Shown: positions 1-12,000 of the stretch, one piece after another
How positions within the stretch are numbered: the first letter of the stretch is position 1
How the letters are laid out: each line of letters begins with the position of its first letter
Assembly (NCBI GenBank): GCA_963662715.1
Contig: OY759724.1
Coordinates: forward strand, 1,140,001-1,172,000
Origin: Candidatus Omnitrophota bacterium
Lineage (GTDB): Bacteria; Omnitrophota; Gorgyraeia; Zapsychrales; JANLHA01
Direction: 5' to 3'
DNA length: 32,000 nt
Program-made: the position numbers and the translations under genes
The notes under the pieces: model-generated
Database searches by the model: none
The model's input: only the letters and a program-made list of their open reading frames with translations
What the model was told of the DNA's origin: nothing

Positions 1-3000
1 CCTCAGCTATAAAAATATCCGACGTCCGGCTGTGTTTTATAAGTCTTCTGAGCTCTCCCTGGACAAAATGTTTATTCGTGCGGGCATTCGCGGCGCGGAG
101 AACCCGAGATAAAATATACGCGAATTGTTCTTCATTGAGATGTTGCATAACGTCCCGGTCAGCCATCGCGGCTAAAAATCCCTGCAGCTGCCGCCAGTCC
201 GGTGTGGCCAAAACGCATTCGGAAAGGATTCGGACGTTTTCTGCGGGGTTATCAAAAGTGAACCAGCTGGCCATAGCATCGGCCACGCTAAGAGGATCAT
301 GTCTCTGGACCTTCTGCAGGACGGAAACAGCAGCCTGATTCTCCAGGATATGGTCGATGAAGGAAGCAACGCGATGATCGAGCCGGTAATTGATACGGGC
401 TAAATACGCTTTCAGGGAAGGAATGACAGAAGGAATGGTCGCAGGGCGATAAACAAAATGGTACGGCCTGCTGGAATCCAGATACGCGGTGATCCAGTCA
501 AAGACAGAAAACACTTCGGACAACATATTGTTATTGGAAGGCCGGTGATGGTTTAAGATAATATGCTTCTCGGAATCGCTCAAAGAAATGGCTTCGGCCT
601 GTATCCTATCCACGGACCCGCTGGTGTGCACAAGGGTGATATGGGCCCGCTGCTCATCGAACAATTCTCCCGGATAATTGACCATAGGAAGTATGGAGCT
701 CTGCCCTTTGCCGAGATCGTGCATCAGCCCCATTCTCCAGAGCATATAAATGTCCTCTTCCGGCAGATCAAATTGGCGGCCGAAAATAACACCCAATTCT
801 GATACGGCCTCTCCATGCCGCCAAACGTTTAACATGCCGGACCGGTACAAAGATCTTAATAAAGACTTTTCTTTCGACCACAGGGACACATCGATCGGGG
901 AGCTGTTAACCTGCTGTGTTTTAGCCCGGACCGGCTTCTTGTGACGGAAAAGAATAACGCCTCCTTCGATGTAATCATATATAGTTTTGACGTCCTGATG
1001 CGTTGCCCTTTCAACTTGTTGCCCGAGAAGCCGTAACTTTCCTGCATCAAATTCCTGTTCATGAGAGGAAACCGATCCCTCATGGTCTTCCTCAAACGGG
1101 ATGGAAACAACTAGCGTCCCGCTGACAACTTTTAACCAATCCAGGATATATTCCAACGGAGTTTTATTCATTAAATGTTCCAGGACATGATTGACAACCA
1201 TAAAATCAATAAGCTCCCCTCCCAGGGTTGTTCTCACGTGTTGGACAAAACCCGGATCATTGACATCAGCAACAACCCACTGCGCATCCAACTGAGGATA
1301 CGAAACAGCTTGCTCAACAGCAAATTTCATATCCGTCAGCTTATGATCTAACCCGACAAATTTGACTCTTCTAGAAAGCTCTCCGGGCAGGAGATTAAAA
1401 GCCGTAAAGATAAAATGGCCAAAGCCCGTGCCCAGGTCTGCCACGCGAAGCGTTCTATCCGGATTTGCCGTTAAATCTTTTTGTAAGGCCATGATGGCAA
1501 CAGCGTAAATCCAGCTAAAATGCTGGATGTGACTATAATCCGGCCCGTTCAATTGATATTGCCGATAACGATATTTCTTCCTTCCTGTTATCAACGCCTG
1601 TGTTTGCTCTTCAAAAGCTTTTTGTGAATTTCTGAAGAATTCCGCCAAAACATCATCCATCGCCGCTTCCCGGCCTAATTTAGTCCGGTTCAGCCAGGAA
1701 ACAAGCTTGAGGATTAAACCTGAGCGACTTATATCTTGTCTTCTTGCCCGTCGGCTTTGGGGCACTCGCAGAAACCCTTTTCCGAACAAATCCTGCGCTT
1801 CAATACGTTGCTGCCAGACACTGTCCCGGTCAATAAGCCTTGCTGCCTGATTTTGGCTATTCACAAAATAATGGACAGCACGCCGCACCTGCCCATGGGT
1901 TAATGTCACCACTTGTTCCGCCTTTAGCAGTTCCATTTCATGGCCGGTATAGCGTGTCTCTATATTTTGTTGTTTTAATATCTCATCGAATTTTTCCGGA
2001 GAGATAACCGAGAAGCTTACTTGCGGGAAGTTGAGGGTTAATAATTTTTCCAGGATTATATAAACATCGGCTCCTGTCCTGGCGACGACTTGAATAAGGA
2101 CCGATTCATTGTTTTCGGCAGACATTCTGAACAACTCTCTCGCCCGGACCACATCTTCATCCGTAGCCGCGTTCTCAATCAGCGCCAAGGCTTTGTCAAC
2201 ATAACGGCAATCCGTACGAGGGAACAGATGATCGTAAACTTTATAAAGCACGACCGCCCCGAAGCATGCCGTTATCAGGGCCCAGGATGTTAGACCAAAG
2301 ACTGCCAGGCCGAAAAGTCCGAAGGCTGCGAAACCGGCAAAACTGAAGATACCCTTCATCAAAACTCTTGAGCTGTTATAGTTTCTTTCAAGACCTAATA
2401 AACTTGTCTCTCCGTAAACCTGAGCTTTAAATGTCCCGGGGAACTGAATATCAGATTTATCATTCCCATCTACCGGGGAAGACGTTCGCAGGTAAAAACG
2501 GTCAATCAAAGTCGGATATTCAAAAATCTTGCGGCTTCGATCGAGCGTCTCAAAAGCCTCTTTCCGGTCAGCCGGCAACGGGGCAGGGAACCATTCCGGG
2601 CCCGGCAGGCCGGGGAGCAAATCAATGAGGAAAATATCCGCCGTAATCCCGTTGCGTGATGCGTCCTTAAAACTGCCGATATACATCATAGGCGTCTTCA
2701 GCTCTGCCGTAACAGCATGCAGGTGCTTTCTGGACGGAATATTCTTCTGATGCACTGTCGCCAAATAATACCGTCCGAACAGCCCGGCATACTCGAGGCT
2801 GATTTTCAGCAACTCTGATCCCACGCCCCGGCCCTGCATATCCGGGACAACAATAGATGTTCCGAGGACGAGGCCCGACGATCTTAAGATCTCAAATGTC
2901 ATCGGCAGAAAATCATTCGGCGACATTGTCTGAAGTATTCTTACAGCCTTCGTGCGGCCTTCATCGTCCTGAGCACTCCATACCTGCAGGATATTCTTGA

Positions 3001-6000
3001 TTGTTTCTGCTGTTGTTAATGTGCGGTAAACTTCAGCAAATAGATTCCCGGTAAAATAGTCCGTCTTGGGATATATTTTTCTCCAGGAAACAATGTCCTG
3101 AGCAAGAGCAGAGTAGCCCCCGGGGCCAACGGCTCTGACCGAATAGCGGCCGTTCCCGGACAAGCCTGCCGGGACCGGAGAGCTGGCCGCGGCTGCTGTT
3201 GATGACCTCTGTACAGCGCGGACATCTACGACCGGCCTGCTTTCCTGGCAGACAGAACCCCTGTTCTTCTGTGCATGCCTTATCCGGCAAACATCTCTTC
3301 TAAAGACGTCTTTGACCTGCGATAACACAACAATCAGTTTTGAGACTGCATCTGCAAGAGAAGACAATAACTCCTGCATTTCAGCAACGACGACAATAAA
3401 CATATTGGCTCGGATTGTTGCCACCGGCGGGCTGAGACCGGTTGAAACAAAATGTTGGCCGGCCGTTTTTCTGGCCAGGAAGGCTAAGGACCAGGGACTC
3501 TCCCCGGGATCGTTAACTGATATATCTTTATGGACGACCCAAGACGCAAGTGAAAAAATATCATGACTATTTTCTTCAGCCCGGACAGGAGAATTTGCCG
3601 TTTCCACAGGGACAACCGGCCGGTCTTGCGGCCGGGATCGATAAGGCGATCTTTCCGGAGTCCGGACCGGAGCTTTCATGATTTGCGGCCAGATCATTGG
3701 ATTCAGCCATGAAGGCGTCGGCAGAGGCATGATTCCTTGAACCGGAACATCAATGACCTCTGCTCCCGGAACTATTGTCTTCGATGGCAGATAAGACTCA
3801 TGATTCAACAACGGCGAAGAAGACGTCACAATCACAGCTCCGACCGTTTTTTGCGGATGCGTTACCTGCGTCCGGCCTGATAGGAATACGGCATATTCCT
3901 CCTTGGTCAAAGGAGAAGATGAGGTGACCGTAACAGCCCCAACGTGTTTTAAGGCATAAGAGGTCTCGCCTCCGGTTTTCCCGTTCTTCTGTTTTGCCAG
4001 GTATTCCGCATATTCCTCGGCACTCAAAGGCGAAGAAGATGTCACAGTCACCGCGCCTATCTGTCTCTCGCGACTCTTTTGCATATAAAGGCCACTATCT
4101 TGGCTTCCCAAATACGCGGCATATTCTTCGGCGCTCAACGGCGATGAACTGGCCACGGTAGATGCGCCCACCCGGCTTACGCTTCTTTCCTTAATAGCGC
4201 TCTCTACAGCAACAGCATCTTGATTTGCCAAGTACGCGGCGTATTCTTCGGCGCTCAACGGCGATGAACTGGCCACGGTAGATGCGCCGACCGGAATTTT
4301 CTTATAAACTGACTGAGCGGGCATCTCATCAATTAAACGTAACTGACTTGCCTGTCCTGCTTTTACGGAAGGTCGAAGAACTTTCGTATAAGCATGATTC
4401 AAAACGTTAAAAGCCCTTAACAGGAATCTCACGAGGAAATCTAACAAGAACATAAATATCAGCATAATTCTGTTCAGCAGGGATGAAACAGCGATAACAA
4501 TGACATCCTTCTGCTTTTCGTCTTCACTCACCGCCGGGAATTCCCAGGCAATCTCTGTCTTCCCTGTATCAACTTCCGGCTTTCCTGGAACACGGACAAC
4601 ACCTCTCGTCCAATTGAGCAGCGCTATGCTTATCCTTTCGGAAGAAATCATTTCTTTCCCGTAAAGGAACGGCAACATTATCGGCTTAGGCAACACAAGC
4701 TCCGCTAATGCGTTAAAATCTCCGGCTTTTGTTTCCAGCGGGCTGCTGCTCTTTCTTTTGTCTGAACGTGTTTTCCGTCCGCCGGATTTTAACTGCGACC
4801 GCGGTAACGGCCTAACGTTTTTCCCGGAGTTACCGGCAGGGACAGCCTTTTGTATTCCCGCGGCTTTCTGCTGAGAATAAACATCCTGTTTAACTTCTTC
4901 CTTAATCTGACGAACCGGATATTGGCCTTCAGCCTTCCCTGTTGTCTTGTCTTTCGTACTGCTCTGGGCCAAAGAAGGTTTAAAGGCCGGGGACACAATA
5001 TTTTTAAATATCTCAACAGCATAACTGCTCATAAACGTATAATCAGCCGCATCCTTACCGTTAACGTAGACAACAACTATTCCGGCATATTTATCCCCCA
5101 TGGAGAAGAGGAACGATGCCGTTCGATTATCGCGATTATCTCCTGTGCCGGTTTTCCCGCGGTTATGGACACCTGCTTTAAGATCAGAGTCACTTATGCG
5201 TGCTCCGCTGGCCGTCCCCCGCTGCACAACATCACCCAGGACATCCAGCAAGACTTCCGCCACAGCCGGGTTCAAAACCTGCTCTCCTTCCCCTCCTTTA
5301 GGATTCTCAAACCAGGTCTCCCACGGTGTCCCCCGGGCGAGAATGAGCTTTTCAACCTCCACCGTCTTCTTCCTCACACCTTTATTCAGGAGAATATTCA
5401 TAAATTCAACCAGGGCGCTGGGAGTGTCTCCCGAACAACCGAAAGGCAATGCCAGAGAAGGATACACCTCAAACGGATACCCCATTTGCTGCCAGAACGG
5501 AGTGAAATACCTGGCCATAATTTCTTTCTCGATCAACCAATATATTTCATTATTCATCTTCCAGGTAAACCGCGGCTTCAATAGCCATTGCGCGGATTGC
5601 TCAAGGATGGTTGCTGTTGTTGCGTCCTGCAACGCCGGCCCTTGTGCCACTTGCCCGGATAACCATGTTTTCCACACACGGGCGAGGTCGGTTAAGAATT
5701 TTCTGGTATCCTTATCCTGATACTCCTTAATCGTCGCTTGAATCCGTCCGTTATTCTTCTGGACACGGCGGATAAAGGATTCGAGCAAGGCGCGCGTCTT
5801 CTCTTCTTCCTTCCTGACAACTTGGCCCATAAACATGGCCCGGGTAGGATTGTCAGGATTATCCAAAATGTCTTCGAGTGTGGAACCCCACTCTTTAAAG
5901 ACATAATAACGGATCATATCCTGGGTTAAACGGGCAAAAGGCAGATTGATGGAATACTGCGTCGCCTGCCAAAGTGTCGGGCTAAGGGCATCGTGTCTTT

Positions 6001-9000
6001 TGGTCCAGTTATCAAAATCAAGAACCCCGCCGTCGGTCACAAACGGCTGCGGCTTGGCGGAGTAGGTTCTTTGCATGGCGGCGTAAAGCACTTCCTGCAA
6101 GGACGCTTTCGGACGATGCCGCAAGTATTCAATCATCCACAAAGTTATCGGATCATATTGTTTAAGCGATTCTTCCTGCAGAGCCTCTTTCGGCAGACCG
6201 TGATATTTTTCGTAAAGCTCTGCGATAATATCGTCAAGATACTGGGCTTCTAAACGCGGCTTTGCGGTCGACCCCAGTTCAAGCATGCTCTGGGAAGCAA
6301 AGCCGGAGAAATCAGTCTCCTGCTCGGCGTATGTATCCAGGTGAACAACAACTCTGTTCGGCTCACCAAGGCCGCCTTTCTCCGTCACAAAAACACTGTA
6401 ACGGACTTTTGACAGATCGTCACCCGGCTTCATCCACTGCTGCTTCGTATATCCGGACAGGATAACCTGCGGATCATAAAGGCTGTTTAATCCTTCCGCG
6501 ATTCTGTTCTGCAGACCTTCGTCTGTTGTAAGAGTTACTTCTAAATGCATATTGTCAACAGCTGCTCGGTGGATGTCTCCGTTGCCGGACGTCCTGCGTA
6601 AATTCTCGGTCAAGGCATTGCGCACCGTTATTTCCGGACGTTCCCGTCCATAATCAATACTGCGCGGATCAGGGCGCCGCTGATAATTCCACTCGATCTG
6701 TGCCGCCGCAGCCTTTTGATATAATTCTTCACTCAGATATCCCTTCTCCTTCACTTTCAAAAGAAGTCTTCTGGCTTCTTCGACAATATGATCCGGATGA
6801 CTCTGCAGTTGAGTGGGATACCGGACAGCCGTAATAAGGGTGGCTGAGCGCAGGAGGGCCTGAGGCAATGTTTCCGGATTATTAAACCGGGCAAAGAACT
6901 CTTCCTGAGATAAACCGAAATAGGCGTGCAGCGCGTTACGGAATCCGGTCAATTCTCCCCGGTAAATCTCCGGCCCTCCGGCAAACCTGAGCTGATTCAA
7001 ATAATTCAGGACCCCTTCCTGAACCATTCTCCTTTGTTCGCCGTTACTCAGATGCAGAGACGCAATGGATATCTGCCGCAATTTCTCAGCAACATTCGGC
7101 GTCTCCCCGTTCGGAGAATAATGCAGCTTGGCGACCTGCGTTAAAATGGTACTTGCCCCGGGCGTTCTTTCTCCGTTTCCTGTTATTCCTTTGGTGACGG
7201 AATTAATAACATACTTCCACCCAGCTTTTAACTGTGCGCCTTCCTGAATAACCCAATTCCCCATCGGCGGCGATTGCGGGTCCTCCGGGAACAAAATTCT
7301 TAATATTTCTTCGTTTTCTCTTACAGCCGCTATTTTGATAATAAATGCCGGAATGTCTTCGTAGTTTTCAATACGGTCTTCCACATATTCAAAAGCCGTT
7401 TCATGGTCAATGTCATAAATGACAAGCCCTCGTCCGGAGTCATAGAACCACGGAACAACGCCATAATCCCCTAACAGCATCCTGAAAGCTTTCGACTGGC
7501 GGGCCTGACGGGTCAGTTCAAAGTCCTCTTCCAAAGCCGGTATCCATCGAGGAATGATGATATAGCCACGGCGTTTCGGCAGGGCTCCGGTATTCGGGAA
7601 AATAATCTCATCCGCTGATGATTTTCCTTCTTCCACTGTCCAGGTAATTTGTGAATTCAAATAATGGAAAAGTTGAGAATAGACAACCCCGAACCGGGCC
7701 TCCATGCCGGCCAGCCCTAACATCAAGACTGTCAGAACACCCAGGCGGACTGAGAAAGGAGCTTTACGTGGCAGAATCTCCCACACGCTCATGATCAGCA
7801 GATACGGAAGGATGACCGCTGCAACGAAGACAATATTAAAGAGTGCCGGAGAGAAGAAGAAAAAGTGCGAAAGCATATACACAAAACTGCAGGCTCCGGC
7901 CGTGGATAAAGATACCAGAATTTTCTCGGGACTGAAAGCTGTCCGAAGGGCTGTCCGCCCGGGGACATCCAGGATGGAATCATGACGCAAAGCGTAGGAC
8001 AGATGCCACATGGCCTGGAAGAAGACTATGGTGCCGATAAGCCATGGCAAACTGACGGCGCTAAAGACCGCGGAGAATCCGAAGATGCTCCCGAGAACGA
8101 AAGCCGAGCCGCCCAAAATCATTCCTGCAGGCTGATATAACACAGGCAGGAACAGGCGACCGAAGAATTTGCCCCAAGCAGGATGTTTCCGATCCTTTAA
8201 CATCTCCTCAACCGAGGACGGGCTCAATAACCGTAATCCCGTCATGATGTGTATCCTAAGTTGGTTGAGGCGTGCCAATAAAGCCGCCTGATATTTCCTA
8301 ATGAAAGGAGGCGTCTCTTTCTTAAGCTTAGCCACAAATGCCGCAAATTGCATCTGCCACAGCAGCCGGGCTATGTCCCAATCGTTTATGCGGTGACGGT
8401 ATCTGCGGGCCGACATTCTCAGCTTAAGACTCCATGTCGACCACCGGGTCCCTAACTGTTTCTGCCACAATATCCGCTGTATGTTCCAACCGGACAGGAG
8501 TGTTTGCGTCCTTCGCATCACGGTCCGGATACTGCGACGCCATACCGGCCACCGGGTTTCTAACTGCTTTTGCCGCAACATCCATTCCGTCTTCCACATA
8601 AACTTGCGGTTGTGATATTCCCTAACCAGTGAACGGATCTTAACTCTCATGTCTGACCATTGAGTCTCCATTCGTTTCTGCCATAAGATCCAGTCCTCTT
8701 TGCTTCTGTATTGTTTGTATTTCAGGACAGCAAACGTAATGAAGGCGGACCACAGCGCCCGGATCCATAGGCCGAACTGTTTTTTGTCACGGCTCTTTTC
8801 GCTTTCCTGCGGCAACGGATTTTCGTCTTCTATCGGAGAACTGGCCCCAGCATCTTCATCATCAGAGGATTCCCCGATGATCTGCTTGCCCTTCTTCACC
8901 GCGGTTTTGTCTGTTTGTTGCGTTGTGGCGTCCAGAGACGGCGCCTTTTTAGAGTTCTCGGGTAATACCCATACATCAGCAAAGACCCGCCTGCTGTATT

Positions 9001-12000
9001 CCTCTGGCCTTAAAGCATTCCCGCCGTTCCCGTTCTTATGATTTCCGATTGGCCGGCCGGCAGGGGCTGACAGATTATGCGACCTGTAAACAATCTCGTA
9101 GAAGCTGTCATGATCTTCGCTTTGTTCGTTCATTAATTCATAAACAGCCGTCAAGACGTCTTTAAAGACAGGATGAACGGTCATGTCGGCATGTCCCTGC
9201 ACAAGATCATGAACGGCATCTTCAATCGTCGGTGAGAAACCGTTTCTGTCACTGTCATCATCATGATACGGCCTGGTCATATCGTTGTATCCGTCAATAT
9301 AATCGGCAAAGAATGTTATCATCAGCATCTTCAATGTCCTGGGGTGCGTTCTTATATTTTCATCCTTCAAGGCATCTCTGAGATCGTGATGATATCTGAT
9401 ACTGGCCTCGATGCTTGTATCAAATATAAATCCCGCCTTTCTTAAATCGACAACACCCTGTTTAGGATGTCTCCTGACAATTCTCTTTTCCCATTTAGAG
9501 AGCTTTCTCGGGGAAACAATTAATCCGAATATCTCTTTATGAGTTACTTTGGCAATGTCATGCAGATAAGCGGCCGTTCTTAAATCTTCGATGAATGCCT
9601 CGTCCTCACTCAGTCTTCTGGCGAGAATCTCTCCCAGGTCAGCCACAGCCAGAATATGCTGAATAACGCTGTCCACCTGATCTTCATACCTGACCACGTC
9701 TCTGGCATCAGGGATAGCCCAGTACAGCTGGCCGACGTCCGGCAGCGCTCCGTCAAAATAGTTTTGAATATATTGCTGCAATGAATTACGGCCCAAAACT
9801 TTTCTGAAATGGGCTCCCGTTTCAAGGCCAAAAATCGCAGGATGATTAAAAACAATGCGGGCCGCAAAGAGGAGTTCTTCATTCTCTTTCAGCTGCAGAT
9901 ATTCCATCAGCCTTGCCTCCTGATGCTTCTGATCATCAAGGAACCGGCTGGAAGCATCGAGCAGCCCCGTGAGGACTAAGCCGAATGTTTTATAGAAGTG
10001 GTAATCATCAATATACTGTCGAGGGCCTTCTTGAAGCTCCAAGAGTTTATCAAGAACAAAGACATGCAGATAAAGGGTACGGCCGTCCGGGGAGAAAGCG
10101 AGCGGAGAATGTTTTGTCAGGCGGATATCAGAAGTTATGATTAAATCCTCCGGTGGTGCTTGCGAAAAATAGGCCGAACGGGAAATCAACAAACTTATGG
10201 CTTTCTTTTGATCCCTGGTTAATCGCCCCAGAATGTTCGTGAAATAAACAAGACGGCTCTTCACGGACACTCTAACGGCTATCGGGGATTCGAGGTCATA
10301 TCCGGCCGCCGCGGAAGGAACAAGCTGAACCGGCGAAGACGACGCCGTATTCCGTCCGGCGATAACGGCACTGGACACCTTGCTGTCCAGTAATGAGCCT
10401 GCTTGGTCCACACGTTCCTGTTTCGTTCCCGGGGTCCGGCCCATGGGGCCCTGCAGCAAGGTTTCAATCATATGCTGAACGCAGACAACTCCCCGCAAAC
10501 TGTTAACAACAAACTGACCGTAAGACAACACTAAGAAACTATTGACGATAAACGGTCCGCAGGACAAAGCCGCCAACTGGTCACGGAAAATCTCTGTGGT
10601 CCACGGCTCTGTTTCATCATCGCTCTTTTGCTGTTCTGCTTCATAAGCAACAGTTTCGAAATCCTCTCCTGAGGACAGCTCTTGCATTTCTATGGTTCCC
10701 TGACGATTCTTGTCGATCACCAGAGAGCCCGGGAAGAACAAAGACGCCAGGCGCAGTTTATCCGCCGTCCGTTTCTGCTGTTCAATCATAAATAATGCCA
10801 GCTCCGCGGGATAATAACGGTCGAAATCGACTGCCCGGGGAACGGGCATAAATCTCAAAAGAAGCAGATATTCTTCTTCATCCCGGCGGTCAAAAATATA
10901 CGGATAAAGGTAATACTTCACAAAAATATAATTAGCGAGCAGCCTCGACATCCTTTCACTTCCGTTATAGAGAGGATGAATATGAACTAATCTGTAAAAC
11001 GCCAGGGCCGCAAGCCTGATGGCTTCTCTCTTTTGCGAGACAGCATCCAAGCGGTCAATCCTTGCTTCCTCCTCATCAAACCAGGCAAAGAATCTGCTCA
11101 AGAGATAATCTTTGATATATATTTTTAAAGACATCATTTTCTTTAAAGCGTCCGTTTCCGACGGGAACGTCCACCCTAAGGCCTGCACATTGGAACGCCG
11201 GTAGACATCGTGATAGTTAACGTTAACAGGGATGTTCATGCAGACAATACGGTAAAGCTCCTCAAATGTGGCCCTGGTGAAGCGGCTGCCTGTCCGACCG
11301 GCCAAAGCATTGATATACTGTCCTCCGGCTATAAAATCATTTCTTTCCCGGTCATTGCTTAAACTTTCAATCGTACGGTCGCCGGCAAAGAATGGCTTAA
11401 GGATTCTTTCCCGAGGGAAGTCCAGCGCCATTTCATTCAAGGCGCGTTCAATGGTGCTGATGCGTTCATTTTGAACAGAAGGATTGCCGATATTCTGAAG
11501 GCCGCGGAGAGGTTCCAGGTATCCAACATAATCGGTAAGATTCCACTGCTCGACAGACAACGGTCTTTGCGCAAGATCATTCAGGAGGCTTTCAAAAGCT
11601 GAGACGAAAAAGTCAGCATGCTCTTCCATGAGAACACATTCGAGGACAAACTGAATAATGAACCTGTAATGCGCCTTAACAACCGCCCCGTGTTCAAACA
11701 GCATATCGCTTAAAATGTCCAGGAAAAATTCCGGCGACCGGGTTTGGGCGTAGGGACTCTCCAGGACAACAATGAGCGTCTGCCATGCGACAACCGCCAA
11801 AGAATGTCTTTCTATACCCGTATATCTCTCAACTCCGAGGAGCAGCATCTTCAATGATTCCGAAAGTTTTTTATCCACTTCCTCCCGCAAGAAATAGGCG
11901 GTTATTTTCCTTTCCTCCGCTATGGCCTCTTCGGCATTTCTTCGCATATGAGAGACGACGGATTTCAGAATTCCGAGGCCCAAATCATTGCTGCCCGGCT

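Noticed and set aside
3806-4300. Direct repeats with a period of about 100-120 nt were considered as a CRISPR array or a non-coding satellite.
   Set aside because: The unit lengths are multiples of 3, the repeats are in the phase of the giant ORF, and conservation is at peptide level (GA-TV-SSSPL-EEYA-YL). There is no alternation of constant repeat and unique spacer with CRISPR-like sizes.
4850-5720. These are the longest track ORFs on the plus strand (4850-5584, 244 aa, and 5100-5720, 206 aa). Other plus-strand ORFs of about 160 aa lie at 20348-20839 and 31328-31813.
   Set aside because: They lie antisense to verified coding sequence (the transpeptidase KTG region and others). Their translations are Arg/Cys/Pro-rich with no recognisable motifs, and they overlap each other in different frames. 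These are typical shadow ORFs.
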